NCBI GenBank assembly: GCA_016839805.1
Contig: JAEOTO010000017.1
Coordinates: forward strand, 1-27,192
Direction: 5' to 3'
Source: Candidatus Hermodarchaeota archaeon
GTDB taxonomy: Archaea > Asgardarchaeota > Hermodarchaeia > Hermodarchaeales > Hermodarchaeaceae
DNA length: 27,192 nucleotides
Position 1 is the first letter of the stretch. Every line of letters starts with the position of its first letter. The notes under the pieces are model-generated. The model saw only the letters and a list, made by a program, of their open reading frames with translations, did not search any database and was not told where the DNA came from. Position numbers and translations under genes: made by a program. Below, piece after piece: positions 17,823-26,268 of the stretch.

Positions 17823-17967
17823 GCGTAATATTGGGGCATTTAAAGAAAATAGATTTTTTTTCACTTACTGTGATTGGAAAAAACTTATGATGGTGGTCAC
17901 GAGACGGACGCAAGTCTGACTGCTTTATGTGTTCCTTTGTGATTGTTATACCGGAGTTGTGTGACAA

Positions 17968-18663
17968 ATGGTGAAAACGGTGAGGAAAGTATTGGATGGG
18001 TTTTATTGGATTATGGCGCGGGAAGGAATGTTGCCAGATAGTAATATCTTTCTAGTCCAAGATGAGGACCGGTTTGTGCTTTTTGACGCGGGAATTCATC
18101 ACTTTTTTACTGATACATGTCAAGCAATTTCGGAATTAGGATTGAATTTGAAACAGTTAGATCGTCTTATCCTAACGCATACGCATCTTGATCACTCGGG
18201 GTCAACGCCTGAATTTCTTCGTGATGCAAAGGATTGTGAAGTGTGGGTATCTGAGGAGGAGGGTACTCTCTTAGAGCAGGGAGATGATACGATTGTATTG
18301 GGAAGCATGTTAGGTCAACGTTTGCCTCCCATTTCTATCGCAAAAAAACTGCAAGAAGGTGACGTGATCACCGTTGGTAATTATTCCTTTAAAGTGCTTC
18401 ATACTCCCGGTCATAGCGCTGGAAGTCTTTGCTTCTTCGAACCACAACAGCAACTGCTGATTTCAGGAGACGTCGTGTTTCGACATGGGTCTTTTGGGCG
18501 AGTGGATTTTCCCACCGGTAATGGGGCAGTATTGAAGGAATCGATTGCCCGACTCGCTGAACTTCCTGTAGAAATGCTACTACCTGGACATATGGGTATA
18601 GCAACTAAGGGTGGGAAACGTGAAATTCAATTGTCTTTACAGTTTGCTCGTCAGGTACTCTAG
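17968..18663 (+). CDS. Metallo-beta-lactamase-fold hydrolase (glyoxalase II-like)
   Basis: THTHLDH, HTPGHS, SGD, PGH metal-binding motifs. Confidence 0.92.
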   Translation: MVKTVRKVLDGFYWIMAREGMLPDSNIFLVQDEDRFVLFDAGIHHFFTDTCQAISELGLNLKQLDRLILTHTHLDHSGSTPEFLRDAKDCEVWVSEEEGTLLEQGDDTIVLGSMLGQRLPPISIAKKLQEGDVITVGNYSFKVLHTPGHSAGSLCFFEPQQQLLISGDVVFRHGSFGRVDFPTGNGAVLKESIARLAELPVEMLLPGHMGIATKGGKREIQLSLQFARQVL

Positions 18664-18724
18664 CATCCGTGAAGATAGCGTGAGGCGAGGGCATAAATTC
18701 ATCAGGTAATGGAAGCCTTGGGAT

Positions 18725-19507
18725 ATGGTGCTCGCAATAGGTAAGAACCGGAGTCGGATTGTAGCCTACTTAGCTGTGTTTATAGCTCTAGTAACGGTTT
18801 TTGATGCGATTCCAATTATTCCAGGATTATATAGCGGAGTATGGGACTCCTGGATTTTCCTTTTGAGCCCAATTATTGGTGTACTTCTCGGTCCAATGTT
18901 TGCCATTCTTGCTGTTGGACTTGGTAGCTATCTAGGACACTTTATCTATTTTCGTGATCCTTTTGAATTCCTCTTTTTGCTAGGCGCGGTATTAGGTGCT
19001 GCGTGTGCAGCCTTAATATTCCAACGTCGCTGGAAACCCGTTTTAATCATTTATTCGGTTTTACTTGCGGGTTATTTCCTAACACCAGTAACCTGGATCT
19101 TACCACTTATCGGAATATGGGATATTCTCCTTGGTTATGGTATACTCCTGCTCTTCATACTGTTAATTAACCAAAAATGGTGGCCTACTGTACATTCTCA
19201 GGACATATGGCTACGACTACTCTTTTGCGTCATTATCGGATTGGAAGCCGATATTCTCCTTCGCGTTTTCATCTTGGTTCCTGGGCAAACATACTGGCTT
19301 TTCTATGGATGGACAGTTGAAGTACTTCAAATTCTCTGGTTGACTGCAGGATTAATCACCCCAACAAAAGTGGCGTTGGCTACCCTATTCACGGTCACCA
19401 TTGGCTTCAGCTTACTTCAAATCCTCCCACAAACCGGTGTTCCTCTCACAGAAGAATATCGCGGTATGAATAACACACTACCTCCGAAAGCAGAGGGGCG
19501 CGTTTGA
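18725..19507 (+). CDS. Polytopic membrane protein, possibly ECF-transporter S-component-like
   Basis: About 7-8 hydrophobic segments; N-terminal LAVFIAL and IIGVLLGP motifs resemble S-components. Confidence 0.6.
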   Translation: MVLAIGKNRSRIVAYLAVFIALVTVFDAIPIIPGLYSGVWDSWIFLLSPIIGVLLGPMFAILAVGLGSYLGHFIYFRDPFEFLFLLGAVLGAACAALIFQRRWKPVLIIYSVLLAGYFLTPVTWILPLIGIWDILLGYGILLLFILLINQKWWPTVHSQDIWLRLLFCVIIGLEADILLRVFILVPGQTYWLFYGWTVEVLQILWLTAGLITPTKVALATLFTVTIGFSLLQILPQTGVPLTEEYRGMNNTLPPKAEGRV

Positions 19508-19600
19508 TTCCCCCCAAATGTTTGACGAAAATAAGCGCCAGAAGGTTTTTACGGGCGAATTCCTAGCCAGACACTAGATTTTCATTAATCGATATCGAGG

Positions 19601-21217
19601 TTGAAGGAAATGGCCAAATTACCTAAACTTGATACTCAAATAAAGGCAGTTACAATATATCGAAATGGTGCCAAAATCGAGCGGACAGGAACTATCGAAT
19701 TAAAACCTGGAACTCATAAACTCGAAATTGCGAATCTAACACGTTACCTTGACAAAGAAAGTGTTAGAGTCTCCGGTCGTGGACACGCTACCATTGTAAG
19801 CTTTGATACTGTGGACGCCACAGTTGAGGTCACTGGTTACTCGAAGTTAGATGATCTTATCAAGAAACGAGAAACCCTGCAAAAGAAACAAATCCAAACC
19901 CAAAGTGAACAAGCTCGTATAACCCAACGCATGGAATTCTATTCTCAAGTTCTAGCCAATTCAGCAGGAGAATTTTCACGCTGGATACCTGCGGGTGAAA
20001 GTGAAGTTGACCGGTTAAGCTCTCTCGAAACCCTAGTCACGAAACAACTAGATGCGCTTCATAAACTTCAGTTAAAACTGAATGAAGACCTTGAGAAGCT
20101 GCAAAAGGAGATCGCCATAATTACACGTGAGATTGATAAGTTCCGCAGTGAGGTCAACCAATACGAAATCACTCACAGTGTATTAGTAAATGTTGAAGCC
20201 CATAAACTCGGAAAATGTGAGTTTAATATTTCTTATTTTGTAAGTAACGCATATTGGGAACCAACCTATGATTTTGTCCTCTCAGAGGAATCAACGGATG
20301 TCACAATGTACACAGTCGTTCAGAATAATACTCAGGAAGACTGGGATAAAGTCAATCTCACAGTTTCAACAGCCTCTCGGCGTACGGCAACAATCACTGA
20401 ACCATCTCCATACTTCTTGTCAATCTATGCCCCCCCTCCACCACGTCCTCGGAGGGCAATGGCAAAGGAGCGTAAGTTGGCAGCACCAGCTGCTTCTGGT
20501 GCAGTCGCCGATGAATTAGAAGTTGAAGAAATGGCTGTGATACCTGAAGAACCACTTCCGGATATGGCTCCCCCCCCAGTCACAGCCACTGCTATGGAAG
20601 TTGGTGGCGTCTTTGTATTTGTACTCCCTGATCCTGTAAAGGTAGCTGCAGATGGTGAACCACATGCCTTTCCAACAAGTCATATCAACCTAGAAGCAGA
20701 CAGGAAGTTCTTCTGGAATGCAGTTGACTTTGCCGAAGCGATTGAGGTAACTACCATTGAGAATGGTGATAGTGTCTTGCTCCCTGGCAGAGCACGAATC
20801 TACTTCCAGGATGAATATCTCGGTGAAACCCATCTCAGCCTTATAGCTCCTAACGAGAAAGTTGATGTGGGTATGCGCTTCTCGTATGATCTCAAAGTGG
20901 AAAAGAAGTTGGTTGCAAAAAGCACCGAAAAGAAGGGATTACTCAAGGGGAACGTTGCTCGGGATTATGCCTATGAGTTGACCATCAAGAATTACGGGCA
21001 GAAAATGAGTGCTGTTAAGATAATGGATCGGATTCCCCACAGCGATTCGGAAGTCATCAAGGTAGAAGACAGGAAATTCTCTCCACAACCAACAAAGGAT
21101 GAGCTTGGTGTGCTAACGTGGGAAATTGAAGTTCCCAAAGAAGGCGAAACCAAAATCACATACTCCTTTCAAGTAGAATATCCACGCGGACAAAGAATCA
21201 CACCCCCCTTACCCTAA
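19601..21217 (+). CDS. DUF4140/DUF4139 (mucoidy inhibitor MuiA-like) protein; start likely ATG 19610
   Basis: IKAVTIYRNGAKIER N-terminus, coiled coil, YFVSNAYWEPTYD, QNNTQEDWDKVNLTVST, LLPGRARIY, DRIP, GVLTWEI motifs. Confidence 0.88.
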   Translation: MKEMAKLPKLDTQIKAVTIYRNGAKIERTGTIELKPGTHKLEIANLTRYLDKESVRVSGRGHATIVSFDTVDATVEVTGYSKLDDLIKKRETLQKKQIQTQSEQARITQRMEFYSQVLANSAGEFSRWIPAGESEVDRLSSLETLVTKQLDALHKLQLKLNEDLEKLQKEIAIITREIDKFRSEVNQYEITHSVLVNVEAHKLGKCEFNISYFVSNAYWEPTYDFVLSEESTDVTMYTVVQNNTQEDWDKVNLTVSTASRRTATITEPSPYFLSIYAPPPPRPRRAMAKERKLAAPAASGAVADELEVEEMAVIPEEPLPDMAPPPVTATAMEVGGVFVFVLPDPVKVAADGEPHAFPTSHINLEADRKFFWNAVDFAEAIEVTTIENGDSVLLPGRARIYFQDEYLGETHLSLIAPNEKVDVGMRFSYDLKVEKKLVAKSTEKKGLLKGNVARDYAYELTIKNYGQKMSAVKIMDRIPHSDSEVIKVEDRKFSPQPTKDELGVLTWEIEVPKEGETKITYSFQVEYPRGQRITPPLP

Positions 21218-21253
21218 CTTCCTTAATACTATTCAACCATTGGTGTACTCAAT

Positions 21254-21859
21254 ATGGCACCCTACGAGGAACCCCCGAAAGAATCACCTCAGTCTACTCC
21301 AACATCACCTACTAAACGTTATGTCCTGCAACCCCACCTCCACCCCAATAAATGGAAACTGCAATTGAAAGACAGCTCAGGCCAGATAATATATAAGATT
21401 CTTCGGCGACTTACCATACCGATCCGTTACCGTGTTCAGACCAATCAATTGCAAGAAACAAATCCGCTAACGATAAAAACAGTGACCATCGGAGATATTC
21501 AACGCTACATCTTCTTTGAAGGAAATCAAGCAAAGTTATCACTTCGTCAATCTGCTTCCTCTGAACTAGTGCTTCTCCAAGATGCTAAACGCAAAATCAT
21601 AGCACACTTTATTTCAATAACTCCTGAAATCACCCTTCTTAGGGCGCAAACAAATGTCATCGCACGTCTTCGGTTTAAAGAAAATCCTACACCAGCTGGA
21701 TTTGTCGTTGATTGTCAAGTTCAACCAGAATTAAAATGGCTTCATGCAATACTGCTCTACGTAATTGCCAAGATTGAAGAACCAAAGCCATCTACCTTAC
21801 CAGAAGAGCCTTTTGAAGTCGAACCAGAAAATAATGCATCAGAAGCTGCAAGTCCTTAA
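21254..21859 (+). CDS. Hypothetical protein, possible Tubby/LURP-one/scramblase-type barrel
   Basis: Repeated short beta hairpins (LKDSSGQIIYKI, LQDAKRKIIAHF) followed by one C-terminal hydrophobic helix (WLHAILLYVIA), with low-complexity termini. Confidence 0.55.
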   Translation: MAPYEEPPKESPQSTPTSPTKRYVLQPHLHPNKWKLQLKDSSGQIIYKILRRLTIPIRYRVQTNQLQETNPLTIKTVTIGDIQRYIFFEGNQAKLSLRQSASSELVLLQDAKRKIIAHFISITPEITLLRAQTNVIARLRFKENPTPAGFVVDCQVQPELKWLHAILLYVIAKIEEPKPSTLPEEPFEVEPENNASEAASP

Positions 21860-21926
21860 GCTTTTAGAGTGAGGAATACAATTCATCTTTCAAGACAAAT
21901 AATTATATTCGAAATGGTTCACGGAC

Positions 21927-22697
21927 ATGCAAATTCAAGTTCTAGGAAGCTCTTCTTTTATCCCGACAATAAAGGGTAGCTGGTCCAGTTTTTTTATCAA
22001 CCTTGATAATGGAGATAAAATATTGGTTGATGCTGGAACACGACGACTCCTTGGATTACGAAAGGATATCCTAGCCGTGAGCCATATATTCATCACTCAT
22101 CGACACCCAGATCATATTATGTTCCTTGGCGCTCTATTGCGACGAATGAAACGGAACAAAAGAAAAAAGATCTTAACAATCTTCTGTCCAGTCAACGCAT
22201 TTTACCACATCCAGGGCTTTATCCGATTTTACAATCCCAGCGGAGTTCCTGAATTCGTTAAGTTCAAAACCTATACACCCAACGACCCTGAAATTCTAGT
22301 TAAGTTATCCAAATCAAAAACTGAGATCTGGGCGGCTGCGGCCTGTCACACGACAATGGCCGCAGGTTTTGGCATTATTCAAGGCGATAAGAAGGTAGTT
22401 ATTGTTCCTGATACTCGCCCCAATTGTCCAACTATTCTTGCTTTAGCAAAGAACGCTAGGGCATTTTTCCATGATTGTACCTTCCCAACAGCTGTACATA
22501 CTTTTGCCCTTTCAAAAGGACACTCAAGCCCAGAAGGCGCGGGTATTGACGCTACTAAGGCTGGTGTGCAAACCCTAGTACTCATTCATACCAGTTATGT
22601 TCGGGCCCTCGATCGACAAACCTTGGTCACTGGTGCCGCTGGTCATTTTAATGGAGAAATCCTCGTCGCAACTGATAATTCTACTTTCAAATTTTAG
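21927..22697 (+). CDS. RNase Z-like MBL-fold phosphodiesterase
   Basis: VLGS, LVDAG, THRHPDH, PDTRP, HDCTF, GHSS, LIHTS motifs of the RNase Z/ElaC group. Confidence 0.85.
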   Translation: MQIQVLGSSSFIPTIKGSWSSFFINLDNGDKILVDAGTRRLLGLRKDILAVSHIFITHRHPDHIMFLGALLRRMKRNKRKKILTIFCPVNAFYHIQGFIRFYNPSGVPEFVKFKTYTPNDPEILVKLSKSKTEIWAAAACHTTMAAGFGIIQGDKKVVIVPDTRPNCPTILALAKNARAFFHDCTFPTAVHTFALSKGHSSPEGAGIDATKAGVQTLVLIHTSYVRALDRQTLVTGAAGHFNGEILVATDNSTFKF

Positions 22698-22737
22698 ATT
22701 CAATCGAATTTCATGACGAATTCTCAGAGAAACTTGA

Positions 22738-23337
22738 TTAGGGAACACAATAACGATATACTGTATGGTGACCCGCTGTTTCAGATTCTCGTTTTATTTG
22801 TATTACATCACCAGGTCGGGCACCTATGGCTTTCGCGGCAGGATCTCCAGCTTTGATTTTAGGGAGTTGTTCTCGTGAAGCACCATACTCTTTTTCGATT
22901 TCTAGGATTTCTTTTTCAGTCAATATGTCATGTTCTGGAACGAGGTCGTGCAAAAAGAGATCAATTGATAGGAAGCGACGATGTAAAAGTTCAACATCCA
23001 TTTCCTTAGCCTCGCGGCGAGCGGCATATGTGTAACGCTCTCCACCAATAAGAATCGCTTGACCGAATTCGCCACTATCACGTTCCTTAATGGTATTTCG
23101 GAGAATCTCTACTCCAACTGTTGGAGTGTCTAGGATTATCCGAACTAAAAGAGTTTCTTTCTTTTTCTTGTCAGTGTCTTTCGCATGAATATCGGTGATA
23201 CCTTCCTTTTCCCCTTCGACTTTCTTAGTAATTATAAACCCACGGCGTTGGATGAGCCGTTTTAAATAGCCGAATTGTTTATCCGTTAACATATGTTTCA
23301 CCACTGGGTCCGAGAAAAAGTCGACTATTGCCTTCAC
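22738..23337 (-). CDS. rpoH: RNA polymerase subunit Rpo5/RpoH with an extra N-terminal Mrr/RPB5-jaw-like domain
   Basis: C-terminal HDLVPEH...QLPKI...DP...GARPGDVIQIKRESETAG...YR is the RpoH/RPB5 assembly domain, preceded by a ~110-aa alpha/beta domain. Start GTG 23337 or ATG 23292. Confidence 0.9.
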   Translation of the reverse strand: MKAIVDFFSDPVVKHMLTDKQFGYLKRLIQRRGFIITKKVEGEKEGITDIHAKDTDKKKKETLLVRIILDTPTVGVEILRNTIKERDSGEFGQAILIGGERYTYAARREAKEMDVELLHRRFLSIDLFLHDLVPEHDILTEKEILEIEKEYGASREQLPKIKAGDPAAKAIGARPGDVIQIKRESETAGHHTVYRYCVP

Positions 23338-23397
23338 TCGCGCCGCGACAGTGCTAAAAATTGCTTATAAACGTTTGTATCATCTGGCTTTCAAATC

Positions 23398-24204
23398 TTA
23401 GGTTGGAGGTTTGAGAAGAAGCTTCCGAATGCGTTGAGGATCCACGAAATTAGTCAACGCCTCTTTTTCTTCTTGGGTTGGGAGTGGAGTTGAATCAATT
23501 CGACGTGGGATTTGGAACGGAAATCTCGTTTGCTCTTTAATAATATCAACATCGGCGCCTGGATGGATGGATTTGAGGTGTATATTTCGATCCCGCCGAT
23601 CGAAACTAAATACACAGAGATTAGTGACAATTACGTCTGGCCCACCATGCCGGGTTCCCTTTGCACTGGAAATCCATCCCGGACTTGTAATAAAGGGCAC
23701 TTGGTTAACGAGATTTCGTAAACTATGGTTGGGGCGCCAAGCGATAATGCGACGAAAACTTCGAATCATAATCGGACCTCCGGCACCACCTGGCAATCGT
23801 ACTTTTGGCTGGTCATAATCCTCACCAATGACGCTCATATTTAGACTGCCAAATTGGTCAATTTGAACTCCACTCAAAAACGCAACATCCATTAGACCAT
23901 TATTAGCAAGATCAAAAATTTCAGGAAAGGTGATAGCATTTTCACAACAATCGAAAAGGTGAGGATCTCCTGTAGAGAAGGGAAGCCTATGTGGAGAGGG
24001 ATTGATGGTTCCAAGAATGGTGAAGTAGAGTAAATTCGGAGCATGGGTAGCCTTGGCAAGTAACACCGCCATCATTTGCACAGGACTCGCTACTCCGATA
24101 AACACTCGGTCCCGGTCTTTTAGTTGACGTCCAAGTGTTGATAAAATTAGTTCATCGTAGGTGTAATCCTTAACGGAATTCATGATGTATTTTCCTCCTC
24201 TCAC
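23398..24204 (-). CDS. Glutaconate CoA-transferase-like beta subunit lacking the catalytic Glu (AibB-like)
   Basis: GVASP, ATHAP, GVQIDQFGSLN, RLPGGAG, VTNLCVF, HPG motifs. Likely start ATG 24183 after GAGGAGG. Confidence 0.85.
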   Translation of the reverse strand: MRGGKYIMNSVKDYTYDELILSTLGRQLKDRDRVFIGVASPVQMMAVLLAKATHAPNLLYFTILGTINPSPHRLPFSTGDPHLFDCCENAITFPEIFDLANNGLMDVAFLSGVQIDQFGSLNMSVIGEDYDQPKVRLPGGAGGPIMIRSFRRIIAWRPNHSLRNLVNQVPFITSPGWISSAKGTRHGGPDVIVTNLCVFSFDRRDRNIHLKSIHPGADVDIIKEQTRFPFQIPRRIDSTPLPTQEEKEALTNFVDPQRIRKLLLKPPT

Positions 24205-25133
24205 TTGTTACTTGATTGGGTCCTAGTCCAGGAAGGAGGTAAACCAATTTTCTTAACAAAATCCCTTTGGTTGAAGCAGCTGAGGATAAACTCTTCTAAG
24301 AACTTATCAAAGCCCTCTTCAGTTTTAGCAGCATCCTGATATCCCGCAATATGGTTTGCGTGGACTTCATATCTTTGATTTAAGGCGGTTGGTGTGGCAC
24401 CATAAGGAACTAGGGCAATTGCATCCACGAGGAAATGGGGGATTGTAATGCGGTGCACTGGTAGGGATCCTGGTTCAACAATCTCCTCGACGGTAACTAA
24501 GACCTTTTGACAGGCTTGTGCGGTGGTGAGAGTGAAATTTGGCCAGGGCTCATCAAGAAAAATATTTCCTCTTTCATCAGCGGAATGGGCGTGAAGTAAA
24601 AGGACATCGGGTCGAAGGGCGGGCACTGTAATCACAATGTCGTTAGTATTGTAGGGCGAGGGTATTTCCCGGTAATCCGTACGAATGCTTAATAAATCTG
24701 AACCTCTGAAATCCGGAAGGGGAATGAATGGAATCCCATATGCACCCGCTCTTAAGGCCATGACAATCGCATACCCCATACTTTCCTTTACACGTATCGT
24801 CCCGGTTTCAGCTGCTGTGCGAAATCGTTGCATCGACGCAAATCCTTGCTCAGTCATGAATCCTAAGAAATAAAATTCGACCTCAGTGACACACCCTGCA
24901 CCAACGAGTTGATCCACAGCTAGACCATTTGGAGCACTAACTATTCGTAGTTGATGGCATTTGGACCGGATAATCTCATGTACCGCGGCCATGGGCAAAC
25001 GATTGACAAGTAATCCTTCTAGATATATCCGAGACTGATCGGGAACGAAGTTTTGAACCATTTCTCTCAATGACATTATTTTATTTTCCCTAGACACTAT
25101 TGAACAGACTCCTGCAAGTTTCAACTTACTCAA
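24201..25133 (-). CDS. Glutaconate CoA-transferase-like alpha subunit
   Basis: PMAAVHEIIR, DQLVGAG, LRAGAYGIPF, GSDL, VPALRPDV..HA..ADERGN, VTVEEIV, PYGATPT motifs; adjacent to the beta gene. Confidence 0.88.
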   Translation of the reverse strand: MSKLKLAGVCSIVSRENKIMSLREMVQNFVPDQSRIYLEGLLVNRLPMAAVHEIIRSKCHQLRIVSAPNGLAVDQLVGAGCVTEVEFYFLGFMTEQGFASMQRFRTAAETGTIRVKESMGYAIVMALRAGAYGIPFIPLPDFRGSDLLSIRTDYREIPSPYNTNDIVITVPALRPDVLLLHAHSADERGNIFLDEPWPNFTLTTAQACQKVLVTVEEIVEPGSLPVHRITIPHFLVDAIALVPYGATPTALNQRYEVHANHIAGYQDAAKTEEGFDKFLEEFILSCFNQRDFVKKIGLPPSWTRTQSSNK

Positions 25134-25157
25134 GGTAAGGCGGTTGTGAAGCTTAAG

Positions 25158-26174
25158 CTATTTCTTCTTTTTATCAGGTCGATACATTCGAACCCAGCCC
25201 TTGTTAATCACCCAAATTATGGGGATTATTACAGCTGGAATCATAATTAACAATTGAATTTGCCAGGTATAAACTGGAATGCCACTTGGAAGGAAAAACA
25301 GGGGTAACGGGTTGAACACGTTATACATACCTAATATATTGGCAATTAACGATGGAACAGCTACCGTAACTGTAATCGCTGTCAAAATCACAATCACTCG
25401 ATTTAAGCGGTTGGCAAGTAACACTGAATGTAGTGATACGAGATCAGTTAAACCTCGGGCATTGAGTTCCAGTGTCTGTTGTTGTCGTTCAATTTCGGAA
25501 AGTGCCGTGCTAAGGAGGGTCCTCAAATCCTCATTGAGCTGTAAATGACGTGGAACCTGTTGAAGCATCAAATCTACAATATGCCGCTGGACTGTCAGAT
25601 GTTTGTAGAATTCATTTTGCAAGTGCCGAAATCGCTGGATTTTTTCTAATATAATATTAATACCCACGTCAGCAAGGGTTTGTTCCAACTCCAGCGAACC
25701 TTTGACGATATCATCAATTATAATCGTGTTCCGCTCAATGATTTCTTGCACGATTCGGACGGCGACAATCGATGGGGTGACTTCTTGCTCTATTGAGACA
25801 AGATTTCGAATTGTTTCTTCAACTTCTTCAATGGCGTCCGGTTGAATACTCTTTGCAATAGTTGCCACCATACGTTCTCCAAGTAGTATAAGGGCAGTTT
25901 CCGTGTGTTGGACGGGTTCGGCAATCATTATTGGCACATGAAATGCGGAAAAATTAAAAAAACGGTGGTATCGACCCCTCTGTGAATGCTCTAATACTCG
26001 AGGTATACTCTTTGGGTCAACAGAAAGATACAGGCCTAGTTGGGAGTGCTCCTCTAAGCTAGGATCAACTGCTAAAATCCAGACGAAGTCCAGTTCTCGC
26101 CAAATTTTTTGGAAGTCCTCGGTACGGGCTAGCTTGCGAAATTCTCCATTCTTAATGTAATAAACTTGGAGCAT
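25158..26174 (-). CDS. corA: CorA-family divalent cation transporter
   Basis: Large soluble N-domain, NRLNRVIVILT stalk, PSLIANILGMYN (GMN-like) loop, second TM and basic tail. Confidence 0.85.
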   Translation of the reverse strand: MLQVYYIKNGEFRKLARTEDFQKIWRELDFVWILAVDPSLEEHSQLGLYLSVDPKSIPRVLEHSQRGRYHRFFNFSAFHVPIMIAEPVQHTETALILLGERMVATIAKSIQPDAIEEVEETIRNLVSIEQEVTPSIVAVRIVQEIIERNTIIIDDIVKGSLELEQTLADVGINIILEKIQRFRHLQNEFYKHLTVQRHIVDLMLQQVPRHLQLNEDLRTLLSTALSEIERQQQTLELNARGLTDLVSLHSVLLANRLNRVIVILTAITVTVAVPSLIANILGMYNVFNPLPLFFLPSGIPVYTWQIQLLIMIPAVIIPIIWVINKGWVRMYRPDKKKK

Positions 26175-26268
26175 TTACTCGCTAACCTTCCTGCTCAATA
26201 TTAAAGGAATTGATTCTTGTAATCCTAGGGTTGCTCCTCTTAAAAGGTTGAATGCTAAAAGCCGATTA

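Noticed and set aside
17730-17925. TPP riboswitch (CTGAGA), fluoride riboswitch (GATGG...TGA) or C/D box RNA on the plus strand
   Set aside because: Only fragments match. The TPP ACCTGA/TAAT half, the fluoride P1 and TGATG elements, and complete C/D box pairs are missing.
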